Assembly (NCBI GenBank): GCA_963791045.1
Contig: CAWBQK010000006.1
Location: 128,001 to 192,000 of the forward strand
Length of the DNA stretch: 64,000 nt
Source of the DNA: Candidatus Latescibacterota bacterium
GTDB taxonomy: Bacteria > Krumholzibacteriota > Krumholzibacteriia > WVZY01
Direction: 5' to 3'
A model generated the notes under the pieces. The model saw only the letters and a program-made list of their open reading frames with translations. It was not told the DNA's origin and ran no database searches. Shown in pieces: positions 48,019 to 57,405 of the stretch (positions are counted from its first letter, which is position 1; every line of letters starts with the position of its first letter). The translations under genes were made by a program, and so were the position numbers.

Positions 48019-50256
48019 TTATATACTCGATACTTTTTCGAGAGCTGGAGCGGAGCCGGTGGCCGACTGCAGATACTGCTCGTAGTTGGATTCCGCCATC
48101 CGTTCAACGTCGGCGGCCCCCGGTTGCTCGCTCAAAAGTCTAAGAAACACACTATGTGCCGCTTCAAAATTATGAAGCGCGCGGTAACAAATCGCGATAC
48201 GGGTCAGATGTACTTTCCGTTCGTCTCTGGCGAGTCCGTTGATGTTGATAGATTTCAGTGTGATCAGCGCGGACAGCGGTTGTTCGGTTTCGAGGTAGTA
48301 ATCGGCAAGCAGGCGCCTACGCGTCATGTCTTCACCGATGTTGGCCGGTGTGAAAGCGAGAACGGTCTTCATTTCTTCAAGCCGTCCCTCGCAGAGTGCC
48401 TGTTCTATGAGCTCAATGGCGCCCCCGTTGTCGATCCGGCCTTCTGAGAACATCTTGAAGAGGGTTTCGAAATCTTTGGGGCTTTCGTCGATGTCTTCCT
48501 CTTCGGTCTGTGCTGAGATCTCGGGTGAGAATTCGACGATTTCATCGCTCGGCGCGAATTCGAATCCGGACGCTGTGTCCAACGGTGTGTCGCACGGGAC
48601 GTCATCGGCAACTGCGAAGCTGTCTTCGGGTTCATCGGTTGAAGTGAAGTTCTTGCTGAGATAATCGAACAGGTCGTCGCCGTCGCCCGCCGATTCGGAT
48701 TCCGCACTTTTTTCATCGAATTCCGGTTGCCGCGCTTCGGAGTCCGGGTCCATCAATCCACCGAGTGAGAATTCACGGTTGTCGATGCCGAGGTCCATGT
48801 TGTCTTTATTTTTCGGCGGAGCCGTTTCCTGTTTGTCGGGAGAAATTCCTGCCGTATCAATGTGGGTTTCGACTTGTTTAATCGTCGTGGTTGGACGGGA
48901 GGCGGGAATGCTTTGTGAATCTCCACCCCACCTTGCTTCTGCCAGGTCGAAATCGTCGTAGTTCTCGAACTGGGTGTTTGAGGCGGACTCGCGGACTGTC
49001 GCGGTGCCAAAACGATCATTGAAGAAGTGGCGGATGAGCGGCGTCGATTGATGTCGTGACAGCAGTTCCTTGATTGTCGGCTCATCCTGAATCCCGTGCG
49101 AGAGGATTTCCTTAAAGATTTCCAACGCCTTGCCGTGCATACCCTCGTTCAATGCCGCTTCGCCAAAGAAAAGCAGGATTCCGGAATCCGTCCCCGGAAC
49201 CTGTGTTCTTTCTTCGAGCCAGGCCAGTAGATTATTGCGGTGATTTTGTTTCTGAAAGATTTTCTTTAAATGCGAGATGGCCGTGTCCTTGCGGCCGAGC
49301 CCGAGAGCGGCGTCGATGAACAGGAAATGGAGATTTAAATCATCGCCAATATCCAGCACATGGGTTTCGAGCAGCTCGACCACAGGGGTAGCTTTTGCTG
49401 GATCACGATCGAGGATCCCGCGAAGGAGATCCTCCGCGCGTTCCGCGTTTTTGTGGGCGAGATGCATTTCCGCCAGAAGAAGATCCCGTTTGTCGGCCGG
49501 AATCCCTGCCTGATCACCGAGTGATTCGATTCTTTCGATCGCATCGGGCATCAGAGCCGGTGTCATCTTCGAGGCGCGAATAAGTTTTTCGATTCCGGTT
49601 TCGTACTTGTTCGCCGCGAAGAAACAGCACCCCAGTGCGAACACGGATTCGCCCTTTTCTTTGTGATGTTTTTCGATATGTACGAGGAACGGTTCGATAA
49701 GCTTGTGGGCGTCGGGATTTTCGTCGAGAATCCGGATCACGCCGTTCATTGCCTCGGGGAACCGGCTGAGCCTGACGCACAACAATGCCTCGGTAATCGC
49801 ATACAAAAGGAATTCGTCGCGGGCGGCGAGGCCGCCGCCAATCGCAGAACTCATCGCCTGTTTTTTTGTGCGCACCCGTTGAAGCAGTTCGTCCGCCGTA
49901 TGGTCCTTTAGGTCCGCGAGGAGCGAACTTGCCGTTTCCACCTCGCCATTTCTGATCGCTTGTTCGACGAGATAGCGGCCGACGATCGGATCGTTGTATT
50001 TGCCGACTTTGTCCGCGGCAAACGTCCACAGCTCAAACAGGTCGTCGGGAAGTCTCTTCTGCGCCTGTTTGAAATACTGGAGCGCCTTGAGCGATTCGCC
50101 GGCTTCCATCGCGACGTCAACGGCCTCGGTGTAAAGACTCAGCGCTTTTGGGTGTTTTTTGATTCCGTCTTCGAGTCTGGACAGGGCCTTGTCAAAATTG
50201 GAGCGGCTCCGGTCCTGGCCGGCCTTGTCGAGCATTGACGACACTTTTGCGTTCAT
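48019..50256 (-). CDS. Large TPR-like protein with an acidic low-complexity linker
   Basis: Helical repeats flanking a D/E/S-rich stretch. Confidence 0.7.
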   Translation of the reverse strand: MNAKVSSMLDKAGQDRSRSNFDKALSRLEDGIKKHPKALSLYTEAVDVAMEAGESLKALQYFKQAQKRLPDDLFELWTFAADKVGKYNDPIVGRYLVEQAIRNGEVETASSLLADLKDHTADELLQRVRTKKQAMSSAIGGGLAARDEFLLYAITEALLCVRLSRFPEAMNGVIRILDENPDAHKLIEPFLVHIEKHHKEKGESVFALGCCFFAANKYETGIEKLIRASKMTPALMPDAIERIESLGDQAGIPADKRDLLLAEMHLAHKNAERAEDLLRGILDRDPAKATPVVELLETHVLDIGDDLNLHFLFIDAALGLGRKDTAISHLKKIFQKQNHRNNLLAWLEERTQVPGTDSGILLFFGEAALNEGMHGKALEIFKEILSHGIQDEPTIKELLSRHQSTPLIRHFFNDRFGTATVRESASNTQFENYDDFDLAEARWGGDSQSIPASRPTTTIKQVETHIDTAGISPDKQETAPPKNKDNMDLGIDNREFSLGGLMDPDSEARQPEFDEKSAESESAGDGDDLFDYLSKNFTSTDEPEDSFAVADDVPCDTPLDTASGFEFAPSDEIVEFSPEISAQTEEEDIDESPKDFETLFKMFSEGRIDNGGAIELIEQALCEGRLEEMKTVLAFTPANIGEDMTRRRLLADYYLETEQPLSALITLKSININGLARDERKVHLTRIAICYRALHNFEAAHSVFLRLLSEQPGAADVERMAESNYEQYLQSATGSAPALEKVSSI

Positions 50257-50313
50257 CGGAGAAACTCTTTCAATGGGTGTGTTGGAGAATCTATTTCGCC
50301 ATTGGTGGTTAGA

Positions 50314-50328
50314 GCGAATCGTGTACCA
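50314..50328 (-). promoter_or_regulatory. Candidate sigma-54 promoter of the TPR operon
   Basis: TGGTAC-ACGAT-TCGC on the minus strand, 57 nt before the start codon. Confidence 0.5.
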
Positions 50329-50604
50329 GCCGCGAGATTAAAATCCGGGCCGTGCTCGCAGGTCGTAACACGCTGTGTTATAACAAGATAAAATATGGGT
50401 TCTCGCCGGGCGCCGGATGTCCCTATCTGGAGTGGCCAATCCCCTTGCAATTTGCACAACCACCCGCCCAGAAATTGGCTAAGCGGGCGATCTGAATGGG
50501 GGTTGCGCCCAGCCATTGAAAACATTAACGTTAGACCCATCACAAGAGTGGCATCGATGACAGGCCCCGTGTGGGGTTAATCCGCAGGCATGGGATGCGC
50601 AGAT

Positions 50605-51282
50605 ATGGCCAATACCAACAAACGTGCGGTGGTTCTTTTGAGCGGCGGGCTCGATTCCATGGTCTCGCTTGCGAAGGCCGACACCGAAATGGAGATCCGG
50701 CTCGTTATCTTCGTGAACTACGGCCAGCGGGCGCTCGAACGCGAACGCGTTGCCGCCGTAGGCGCGGCCAGTTTCTACGGGCTTCCATACCGCGAGGTTG
50801 ATATCGACTGGTTGAAGGACCTTGCTCCGAAAGGGATGCGCGACGATGCGTCGTCCGGAGACGTTTCGCCGGGCGACCTCAAATCACTCGATGCCGTTTG
50901 GATTCCAAACAGGAATGGCCTGTTTTTGAACCTGGCGGCGGCGTTTGCCGAAGCTTACGATTGCGAATACGTCGTGACCGGGTTCAACCGGGACGAGGCC
51001 GTGGAGTTTCCGGACAACCGGCCCGAATACGTCGCGTGTGTAAACAAGGGTCTTGAAGATTCGACTCGCAATCGAGTGCAAGTCGTCAGTTTTACACAGG
51101 ACCTTGGCAAAGGTGAAATAATCGCGCTTGGTGTTGGCCTGGGCGCCCCTCTATCGGCGATTTGGAGTTGTTACGATGGGGGCGAATTGATGTGCGGATG
51201 TTGTGCGTCATGCGCGCATCTCAAACGGGCACTCGATACGCTGCCGACGGATCAAAGGCCTTTTATCCGGTTCGCCGACTGA
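50605..51282 (+). CDS. queC: 7-cyano-7-deazaguanine synthase
   Basis: SGGLDS, YGQR, P.RN, PD.R, WSCY...CG.C.SC. Confidence 0.93.
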   Translation: MANTNKRAVVLLSGGLDSMVSLAKADTEMEIRLVIFVNYGQRALERERVAAVGAASFYGLPYREVDIDWLKDLAPKGMRDDASSGDVSPGDLKSLDAVWIPNRNGLFLNLAAAFAEAYDCEYVVTGFNRDEAVEFPDNRPEYVACVNKGLEDSTRNRVQVVSFTQDLGKGEIIALGVGLGAPLSAIWSCYDGGELMCGCCASCAHLKRALDTLPTDQRPFIRFAD

Positions 51283-51299
51283 ACTCTCACAGGTATAAC

Positions 51300-51854
51300 A
51301 TGTTGAAATACAAAATCATAGAAGACTCGACGGCTTATACGGGCAGGGAGTTACGAAGCGGGTGGATAGCCGGCCGGACGGGACTCACGGGTGATTCCGC
51401 GGCGGGTTTTGTAGGGCCATGTCATGTGGCCAACGAGGATCTTGTCGACCTCGACGACGCGAGGGCGGGGACGTTTATCGAAGCGGTTTCGATGGCGCAC
51501 GTCATCATCGAACATCCTGGGTGTGAGCTGGAGACCATGGTGTGGCGACAGCGGATGTTGGTCGCACTGCTCTGTGAAATTCTTGACGAGAAGGGCTTTG
51601 ACGTTCAACGTTCCGGCGATGACGTGTTTTTTGACAAACGAAAATTGACCGTGTCGATTGCCGCGCCCGGTCCCGAAGGAGCATTGATCCACTTGGGAAT
51701 CAATGTGAACCCGGGCGGTGCGCCGGTCCCCGCGGTGGGACTCGAAGAAATGAATGTCGCCCCGCTGCCGCTCGTCGACGAACTCCTTGCGCGTTACGTG
51801 CGCGAACTGGCTTCGGTCCGTCACGCGACAACAAAAGTCCGTTCCGTCCCGTGA
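51300..51854 (+). CDS. DUF366 family protein
   Basis: Y.G.EL...W, F.GPC.V...VDL.D, M.H.I.EH, RQR.L, R.GDD.F...KLTVSIA, HLGIN, Y..E..S...A..KVR. Confidence 0.8.
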   Translation: MLKYKIIEDSTAYTGRELRSGWIAGRTGLTGDSAAGFVGPCHVANEDLVDLDDARAGTFIEAVSMAHVIIEHPGCELETMVWRQRMLVALLCEILDEKGFDVQRSGDDVFFDKRKLTVSIAAPGPEGALIHLGINVNPGGAPVPAVGLEEMNVAPLPLVDELLARYVRELASVRHATTKVRSVP

Positions 51855-51874
51855 TGTTAACGATTCGTGAAGTT

Positions 51875-51975
51875 TTGGGTGGGCTGTCCTTGGTCCGGGG
51901 GTGAATCCACAGGCCGCTATAATTTAGATGCGGCCGAGGACCCTGAACCCCAGGGCCAAGGACAGCCTGCCCCAA
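51875..51975 (+). other. Long intergenic RNA hairpin
   Basis: 17-bp core TGGGCTGTCCTTGGTCC/GGGCCAAGGACAGCCTG with G-U pairs; inner ggccgc/gcggcc stem. Confidence 0.55.
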
Positions 51976-52009
51976 TAACCCTCGAAATAGCGACTGCCAG
52001 GGTGAACCG

Positions 52010-52780
52010 ATGAGTGACGTGACTGGATATGTTTCTGAGATCTTCTGCTCGATACAGGGCGAAGGAAAGTATGTCGGCGAGCGGCAGGTGTTTTTTCGAA
52101 CCGCCGGGTGTTCGGCGACGTGCTACTGGTGCGACACCCAATCGAGCAAAAGGGAACGACCCTTGTGCATCGTCCACGGTCGCGACAGACGATCGCTCGA
52201 CAATCCCCTTACCGTCGAGGTTGCCGTTCGCGAAACTCTCTCCGTGCTCTCAGATCACGCGCCGGTAAGGACGGTCAGTATCACAGGAGGGGAACCGCTC
52301 GAACAGCCTGTTTTTGCCGCAGGTGTGGCCGAAGGGATTCGCGAGAAGGGGTTCAGAATCCACCTCGAAACGAGTGGGCTCGAGCCCGGCGGCCTCGATG
52401 CGGTACTGCCGCATGTGGATGTTGTTGCCATGGATATCAAGTTGCCTTCGGCGACGGCCGGGGAAAATTGGACCGTCCACGGGGCGTTCCTGCAGGGGCT
52501 CGCAGGCGTCCGCCCGGTCGAGGTATTTACTAAAATTGTTGTGGATCATTCAACGCCGCCGGGAGAAATCGAGACGGCGGTCGATCTTATCGCCGAGATT
52601 GACAAAACGATTCCCTTGATTCTTCAGCCGGAGAGTACGACCTTAGTCAAAGAAGCCGACGGACCAGACGCAAGGAACCGCCTCCTTGCAATCCTCGAAC
52701 AATCTCAAGGGTATGCTCTCGAACGGCTGGACGATGTTCGCGTGATTCCGCAGTGTCACAAACTATTGAAGATCAGATAA
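52010..52780 (+). CDS. queE: 7-carboxy-7-deazaguanine synthase (radical SAM)
   Basis: EIF.SIQGEG..VG..Q.F.R..GC...C.WCDT, TGGEP, MDIKLPS, R.IPQ.HK. Confidence 0.93.
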   Translation: MSDVTGYVSEIFCSIQGEGKYVGERQVFFRTAGCSATCYWCDTQSSKRERPLCIVHGRDRRSLDNPLTVEVAVRETLSVLSDHAPVRTVSITGGEPLEQPVFAAGVAEGIREKGFRIHLETSGLEPGGLDAVLPHVDVVAMDIKLPSATAGENWTVHGAFLQGLAGVRPVEVFTKIVVDHSTPPGEIETAVDLIAEIDKTIPLILQPESTTLVKEADGPDARNRLLAILEQSQGYALERLDDVRVIPQCHKLLKIR

Positions 52781-52862
52781 ATATAGATGATACTCGGGGA
52801 CGGGATCTCACGAGCGAGCGATTTCGACAACCGATGATTGACACCCCGCCCGAGGTAAACAA

Positions 52863-53555
52863 ATGGATATGTCACCCGACCAGATTCTTCAACTGATTGT
52901 CGCTATCGTCGTGTTTATATTCTCGGTGATGGTTCACGAGAATGCACATGGGCTGGCCGCGGAGCGTTTCGGTGATCCCACGGCGCGCGACATGGGCCGG
53001 ATCACGATGAACCCTTTGCCCCATATCGATCCGATCGGAACGGTTCTCATGCCGGCGCTGATGATCTTTAGCGGGATACCCCTGATCGGGTGGGCCAAGC
53101 CGGTCCCCGTGAACTCGGCGAACTTCCGGAATCCAATCGTCCAGGACGCCTACGTGGCCGCCGCCGGGCCGATTTCAAACTTCATTCTCGCGCTGGCCGG
53201 AACAGTGCTCTATATCATCGTTCTTCTTTTCTACAAACACTTCCCGGGGCTTCAGGACAGCGCCGATCGATCGCTGATGTTCTTTCGCGCGCTCTGCCAG
53301 AACTTGATTATCATCAACTGCGTTCTGGGTATCTTCAACCTGATCCCGATTCCGCCGCTCGATGGGCACTGGATTCTCTTTCGTTACCTGCCGTCCCGGT
53401 ACGCGGAACTCCTTGCCTCGATGCGTCCGTACGGATTCTTCATCCTGATCATTCTCTTGTGGACGGGTGTGTTGGGGTGGATCATCAGCATCCCGATGCA
53501 GTTTATCGCGGGGGGACTCCTCAACATCGTGTGGTGGAGCGTGTCGTTCATATAA
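52863..53555 (+). CDS. Site-2 protease (M50 family)
   Basis: HENAH, AGP.SN, NLIPIPPLDG. Confidence 0.93.
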   Translation: MDMSPDQILQLIVAIVVFIFSVMVHENAHGLAAERFGDPTARDMGRITMNPLPHIDPIGTVLMPALMIFSGIPLIGWAKPVPVNSANFRNPIVQDAYVAAAGPISNFILALAGTVLYIIVLLFYKHFPGLQDSADRSLMFFRALCQNLIIINCVLGIFNLIPIPPLDGHWILFRYLPSRYAELLASMRPYGFFILIILLWTGVLGWIISIPMQFIAGGLLNIVWWSVSFI

Positions 53556-53589
53556 AAAAAGATCCCTCTCACAGGAGAGGGACCTTTTT
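53556..53589. terminator. Bidirectional intrinsic terminator
   Basis: aaaaagatccctctc-acag-gagagggaccttttt. Confidence 0.8.
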
Positions 53590-53614
53590 GACGGCGGCGG
53601 ATGACATTTCCAGA

Positions 53615-54049
53615 TTAAAACTTGATTTGCTTGCCTTTGCCCTCGATGCCGGCTCCCGAATTGTGTACGACGGCATCCACAATCACATGCTGGCTCTCTT
53701 TGTGGATTCTGGAAACCGCGGTGACATGGTAGCGGTAACCCGCACCCGAAACAACCGCAAAGTCTTCGTACGTGGTTTCCGTGATCGGCGTGAGCGTCAG
53801 AAGTGTCGTGACGTCAAGCTGCCCGCCATCTGAACGGTACACGTTGTATCCTAAAAGATGACCCTGGGTGTTGGCGTCCCACGTGAGAACCACCGAAGAA
53901 CCCTGGGCCTCACTTACGAAATTTTGCGGGGGCAGAATAGGCGCTTCTTCAGCGACAGTCGGGGCGACGGTTTCGTCCCCACAGCCAGCGATCAGCGCGC
54001 ATGCTCCCAAGATTACGATCATTGTGAAGTATAATTTATTCGCGCTCAT
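53615..54049 (-). CDS. Fibronectin type III lipoprotein
   Basis: Lipobox IAGC; V.LTW...GYNVYRS...Y.D....G..Y.Y.VTAV...ES. Confidence 0.8.
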   Translation of the reverse strand: MSANKLYFTMIVILGACALIAGCGDETVAPTVAEEAPILPPQNFVSEAQGSSVVLTWDANTQGHLLGYNVYRSDGGQLDVTTLLTLTPITETTYEDFAVVSGAGYRYHVTAVSRIHKESQHVIVDAVVHNSGAGIEGKGKQIKF

Positions 54050-54174
54050 TTCCGGTCGCCCTCCTTGATAACGATTATCTCTAAACACGCCCTTATTAAA
54101 AGGAGCTGCAAGGCGGTACGGTGTAGGATGTGGGTGGTGTCAGCGGCGACCACCTCGCAGCATTCTGGCATTCA

Positions 54175-54189
54175 GCAAACGTTGTACCA
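54175..54189 (-). promoter_or_regulatory. Candidate sigma-54 promoter of the FN3 lipoprotein
   Basis: TGGTAC-AACGT-TTGC(T) on the minus strand. Confidence 0.6.
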
Positions 54190-54507
54190 ATTGCCTGTGA
54201 CCTGGTCGAACAAAGTCCTGTTTGGGGCATAAGGACGCCCTTTTCCCATGTCAAACAGCATTTACACCCCTCGAATTCCGCTTACGGGCGCTTGTTTTCC
54301 GGAGGGGGCGCGTGGTTTCCCTGGATGCCGCATAGGGATTGGCGGGGGAGGATCGGCGGGATGCGGTTTGTGTGCAAAATGAACCATGCCGACGGATGTG
54401 GTGCGGGCATAATGCGGCCATCGCAAAAGCCCCTTGACTTTTCACAAGTTATGCTTTAAAACATATACAAGATCTTTGATTATGAATAGGCAAAGGAGGC
54501 CAACTCG

Positions 54508-54786
54508 ATGACGAAAGCCGAAATCGTAGAAGACATCGCCGGTAAGACTGGTCTTACAAAGAAAGACGTGGCGATGGCCATGGACCAGTTTCTGGAGTCG
54601 ATTTCAAAGGCTCTTGCTGAAGGCAAGCATTACGAAATCCGGGGCTTTGGAACCTTCAAAGTGAAGGCCAGAAAAGCACGGATGGCTCGTAATCCTCGGA
54701 CGGGGGAAGCCGTACCGGTCCCGGATCGTAACGTTCCCGTATTCAAGGTGTCAAAAGAACTCAAGGACATGGTCTCCAACGCATAG
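54508..54786 (+). CDS. HU/IHF family DNA-binding protein
   Basis: MTKAEIV, IRGFGTF, ARNPRTGE. Confidence 0.95.
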   Translation: MTKAEIVEDIAGKTGLTKKDVAMAMDQFLESISKALAEGKHYEIRGFGTFKVKARKARMARNPRTGEAVPVPDRNVPVFKVSKELKDMVSNA

Positions 54787-54857
54787 CTAGCATCTTCCAA
54801 CGCTAACCATTTTCTTGCCCGACACCCTGCGACAACAAAGACCAGGAAAGTGCTGCC

Positions 54858-55895
54858 ATGTCGAAGACGATCGATCTTCGCAGTGATACAGTTACGCGTC
54901 CGGTGCCCGCCATGCGCGAGGCTATCGCAAACGCCGTCGTCGGTGACGACGTGTTTGGCGATGACCCCACGACTATCGAGCTGGAACGCCGTGTATGTGA
55001 GTTGTTCGGCACGGAGGCGGCGATGTTCGTCCCCAGCGGGACCATGGGTAACCAGGTCGCGCTCGCGACAATTACAAGTCCCGGTGACGAAATCATACTC
55101 GACCGTCAGTGCCACATCTTCAATTACGAGGCGGCGGCGCCGTCCGCGCTTTCCTGTGTGCAGACCAATCCGCTCGATGGAGAATCCGGCATTATCACCG
55201 CCGACGAAATCCGACCGCACATCCGTCCCGAAAACCTTCATTGCCCGCCGACACGTGTCATTGCGATCGAGAACACGCACAACAGAGCCGGCGGCCACGT
55301 GTTTCCACTCGATGAAATGCGAAAGATCCGCGTGCTCGCCGATGAGCACGGACTTCTCGTTCATCTCGATGGAGCGCGGCTCGCGAACGCCGTTGTTGCG
55401 TCGGGCGTGCCGTTCAAGGATTACATCGCGTGCGTCGACACGGTAAGCATGTGTTTTTCGAAGGGACTCGGTGCGCCGGTGGGTTCCGTTATGGCCGGTG
55501 GAGCGGAGACGGTGAAGAAGGCCCGCAAAAAGAGAAAACAGTTTGGTGGTGGGATGCGGCAGGCGGGGATTATCGCGGCGGGGGCGTTATATGCGATAAA
55601 CAACCACATTGAGCGCCTTGCCGAGGACCACGAGCACGCCCGCCGTTTGGCCGAAGCGGTGGATGCCGTCGACGGGCTGGAGATGGTTTACCGTCCCGAT
55701 TCGAATATCGTGATCTTCGACGTAGATGAGAAGTTCGATACGCTTGACGGCCTTCTTGCTCGTTTCGCCGAACAGGGAATTCTTGCCGTTCCATTCGGTC
55801 CGACATGGATACGGATGGTGACCCACCTTGATATCAGTGCGGAAGACATCGGTCGGGTGACCGACTTCTTGAAAACCCTCGCGCCCGCCAACTAG
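54858..55895 (+). CDS. ltaE: Low-specificity L-threonine aldolase
   Basis: DLRSDTVT.P, PSGTMGN, ENTHN, HLDGARL, SKGLGAPVGS, GGGMRQAG. Confidence 0.93.
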   Translation: MSKTIDLRSDTVTRPVPAMREAIANAVVGDDVFGDDPTTIELERRVCELFGTEAAMFVPSGTMGNQVALATITSPGDEIILDRQCHIFNYEAAAPSALSCVQTNPLDGESGIITADEIRPHIRPENLHCPPTRVIAIENTHNRAGGHVFPLDEMRKIRVLADEHGLLVHLDGARLANAVVASGVPFKDYIACVDTVSMCFSKGLGAPVGSVMAGGAETVKKARKKRKQFGGGMRQAGIIAAGALYAINNHIERLAEDHEHARRLAEAVDAVDGLEMVYRPDSNIVIFDVDEKFDTLDGLLARFAEQGILAVPFGPTWIRMVTHLDISAEDIGRVTDFLKTLAPAN

Positions 55896-55911
55896 CGGGC
55901 GTTTTTTTACG

Positions 55912-56631
55912 ATGCACTCCGACGACAACAAGAAGCCTATCCCTAGCGATCTGCCGCCCGGCTCGCTCATCCTTGTGAGCACACCCATTGGTAATCTCGG
56001 CGACATGACTTACCGCGGTGTGGAGATACTGGCTCGGGTGTCAGCGATCCTTGCCGAGGACACGAGGCATACCCGGAAGCTTCTCACTCATTTCAACATT
56101 CAAAACGAGCTCGTTGCGTATCACGATCACAACAAGGAACGGATCACGAAAGGAATCGTTGCGCGGCTGTTGAACGGAGAGGAACTCGCGCTGGTGACGG
56201 ATGCGGGGACGCCGGGAATTTCGGACCCGGGGTTCTATCTTGTTCGGGCCGCGATTGCCGAGGGTATCCCGGTATCTGTCGCTCCCGGGGCGAATTCGAT
56301 TTTGCCCGCGCTCCTGTTGTCCGGTTTTCCGACGGATGCGTTTATCTTCGAAGGATTCCTTCCGCGCAAAACCGGCGAGATTGAACGCAAGATCGCTATG
56401 TTCGAAGATGAACGCCGAACGGTGATCTTTTTTGTGTCACCGCATAAGCTCGTCAAGGTTCTGGGGGCAATCGAAAAACTATTTCCCGAACGAGAGACCG
56501 CGGTGGTTCGTGAGATTACGAAAATTCACGAAGAAGCCAGACGTGGAACGGCGAGCGAACTCATTGCCCATTACGGCCCGCGGCGTGTCAGGGGCGAGAT
56601 CGTGCTTCTGCTCAAGGGCAAAGACAAATGA
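55912..56631 (+). CDS. rsmI: 16S rRNA (cytidine1402-2'-O)-methyltransferase
   Basis: TPIGNL.D, AEDTR, DAGTPGISDPG, FEGFLP, REITK.HEE, GEIV. Confidence 0.95.
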   Translation: MHSDDNKKPIPSDLPPGSLILVSTPIGNLGDMTYRGVEILARVSAILAEDTRHTRKLLTHFNIQNELVAYHDHNKERITKGIVARLLNGEELALVTDAGTPGISDPGFYLVRAAIAEGIPVSVAPGANSILPALLLSGFPTDAFIFEGFLPRKTGEIERKIAMFEDERRTVIFFVSPHKLVKVLGAIEKLFPERETAVVREITKIHEEARRGTASELIAHYGPRRVRGEIVLLLKGKDK

Positions 56632-56709
56632 ACTTGACGGTCGGCAATCTCTGATATAACGTGAAATCAACTATTTAGGTCTTTCTCTAACCCCCACCAG
56701 GTAGAAAAA

Positions 56710-57402
56710 ATGGCTTTTGACAAACAGGCTATAAAGGACCAATCAAGACGGATTCTCGATCCCGTGGTGGCGATTCTCGCCTCGATGGGCGTGTCCCCGA
56801 TGCTCGTATCGGTGGCCGGACTCGTGATCAGTCTCTATGCGGCGATCCTGATAACAAAGGGTTCACTTTTTTGGGCGGGATTCTGGCTTTTGATTTCCGG
56901 GCTTTGTGATGTGCTTGATGGAGCGCTCGCAAGAGAGCGCGGGCGGGAAACGAAGTTCGGTGCGTTTGTCGACTCGACGTTCGACCGCGTCAGCGAGTTG
57001 CTCGTTTTTGGCGCGATCCTGCTCTATTACTCCGGCGGCGATAGCGGCCGAAAATATCCGGAATTGCTTGTTGTTGTCATCCTCGTTGCCATGGCCGGAT
57101 CCGTACTCGTGAGTTACGCCCGCGCGCGGATCGAGGGACTGGGCGAGACATGCACCGTGGGGCTACTCGAGCGTCCCGAACGTCTCATCCTTCTCATTGT
57201 CGGCCTGTTTCTCAGCCCCCTGCTCATCTTTGTGCTCATCCTGATAGCGTTTGGAACGGTCGTCACCGTACTCCAGAGGATCCATCACGCGCACGAGGTT
57301 CTGTCCGGACCTCCCGGGCTCCCGCCATCGACGGGGGACAGCGAAGAACGGGCTTCCACGACGCCGGCGCCCATTGACGAGGAACCACCGCCGGCTACGT
57401 GA
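56710..57402 (+). CDS. CDP-alcohol phosphatidyltransferase
   Basis: DxxDGxxAR...GxxxDxxxD; SY.RAR.E; G..ERPER. Confidence 0.92.
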   Translation: MAFDKQAIKDQSRRILDPVVAILASMGVSPMLVSVAGLVISLYAAILITKGSLFWAGFWLLISGLCDVLDGALARERGRETKFGAFVDSTFDRVSELLVFGAILLYYSGGDSGRKYPELLVVVILVAMAGSVLVSYARARIEGLGETCTVGLLERPERLILLIVGLFLSPLLIFVLILIAFGTVVTVLQRIHHAHEVLSGPPGLPPSTGDSEERASTTPAPIDEEPPPAT

Positions 57403-57405
57403 CCG

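Noticed and set aside
50330-50604. preQ1 riboswitch upstream of queC
   Set aside because: No recognisable preQ1 stem-loop with an A-rich tail
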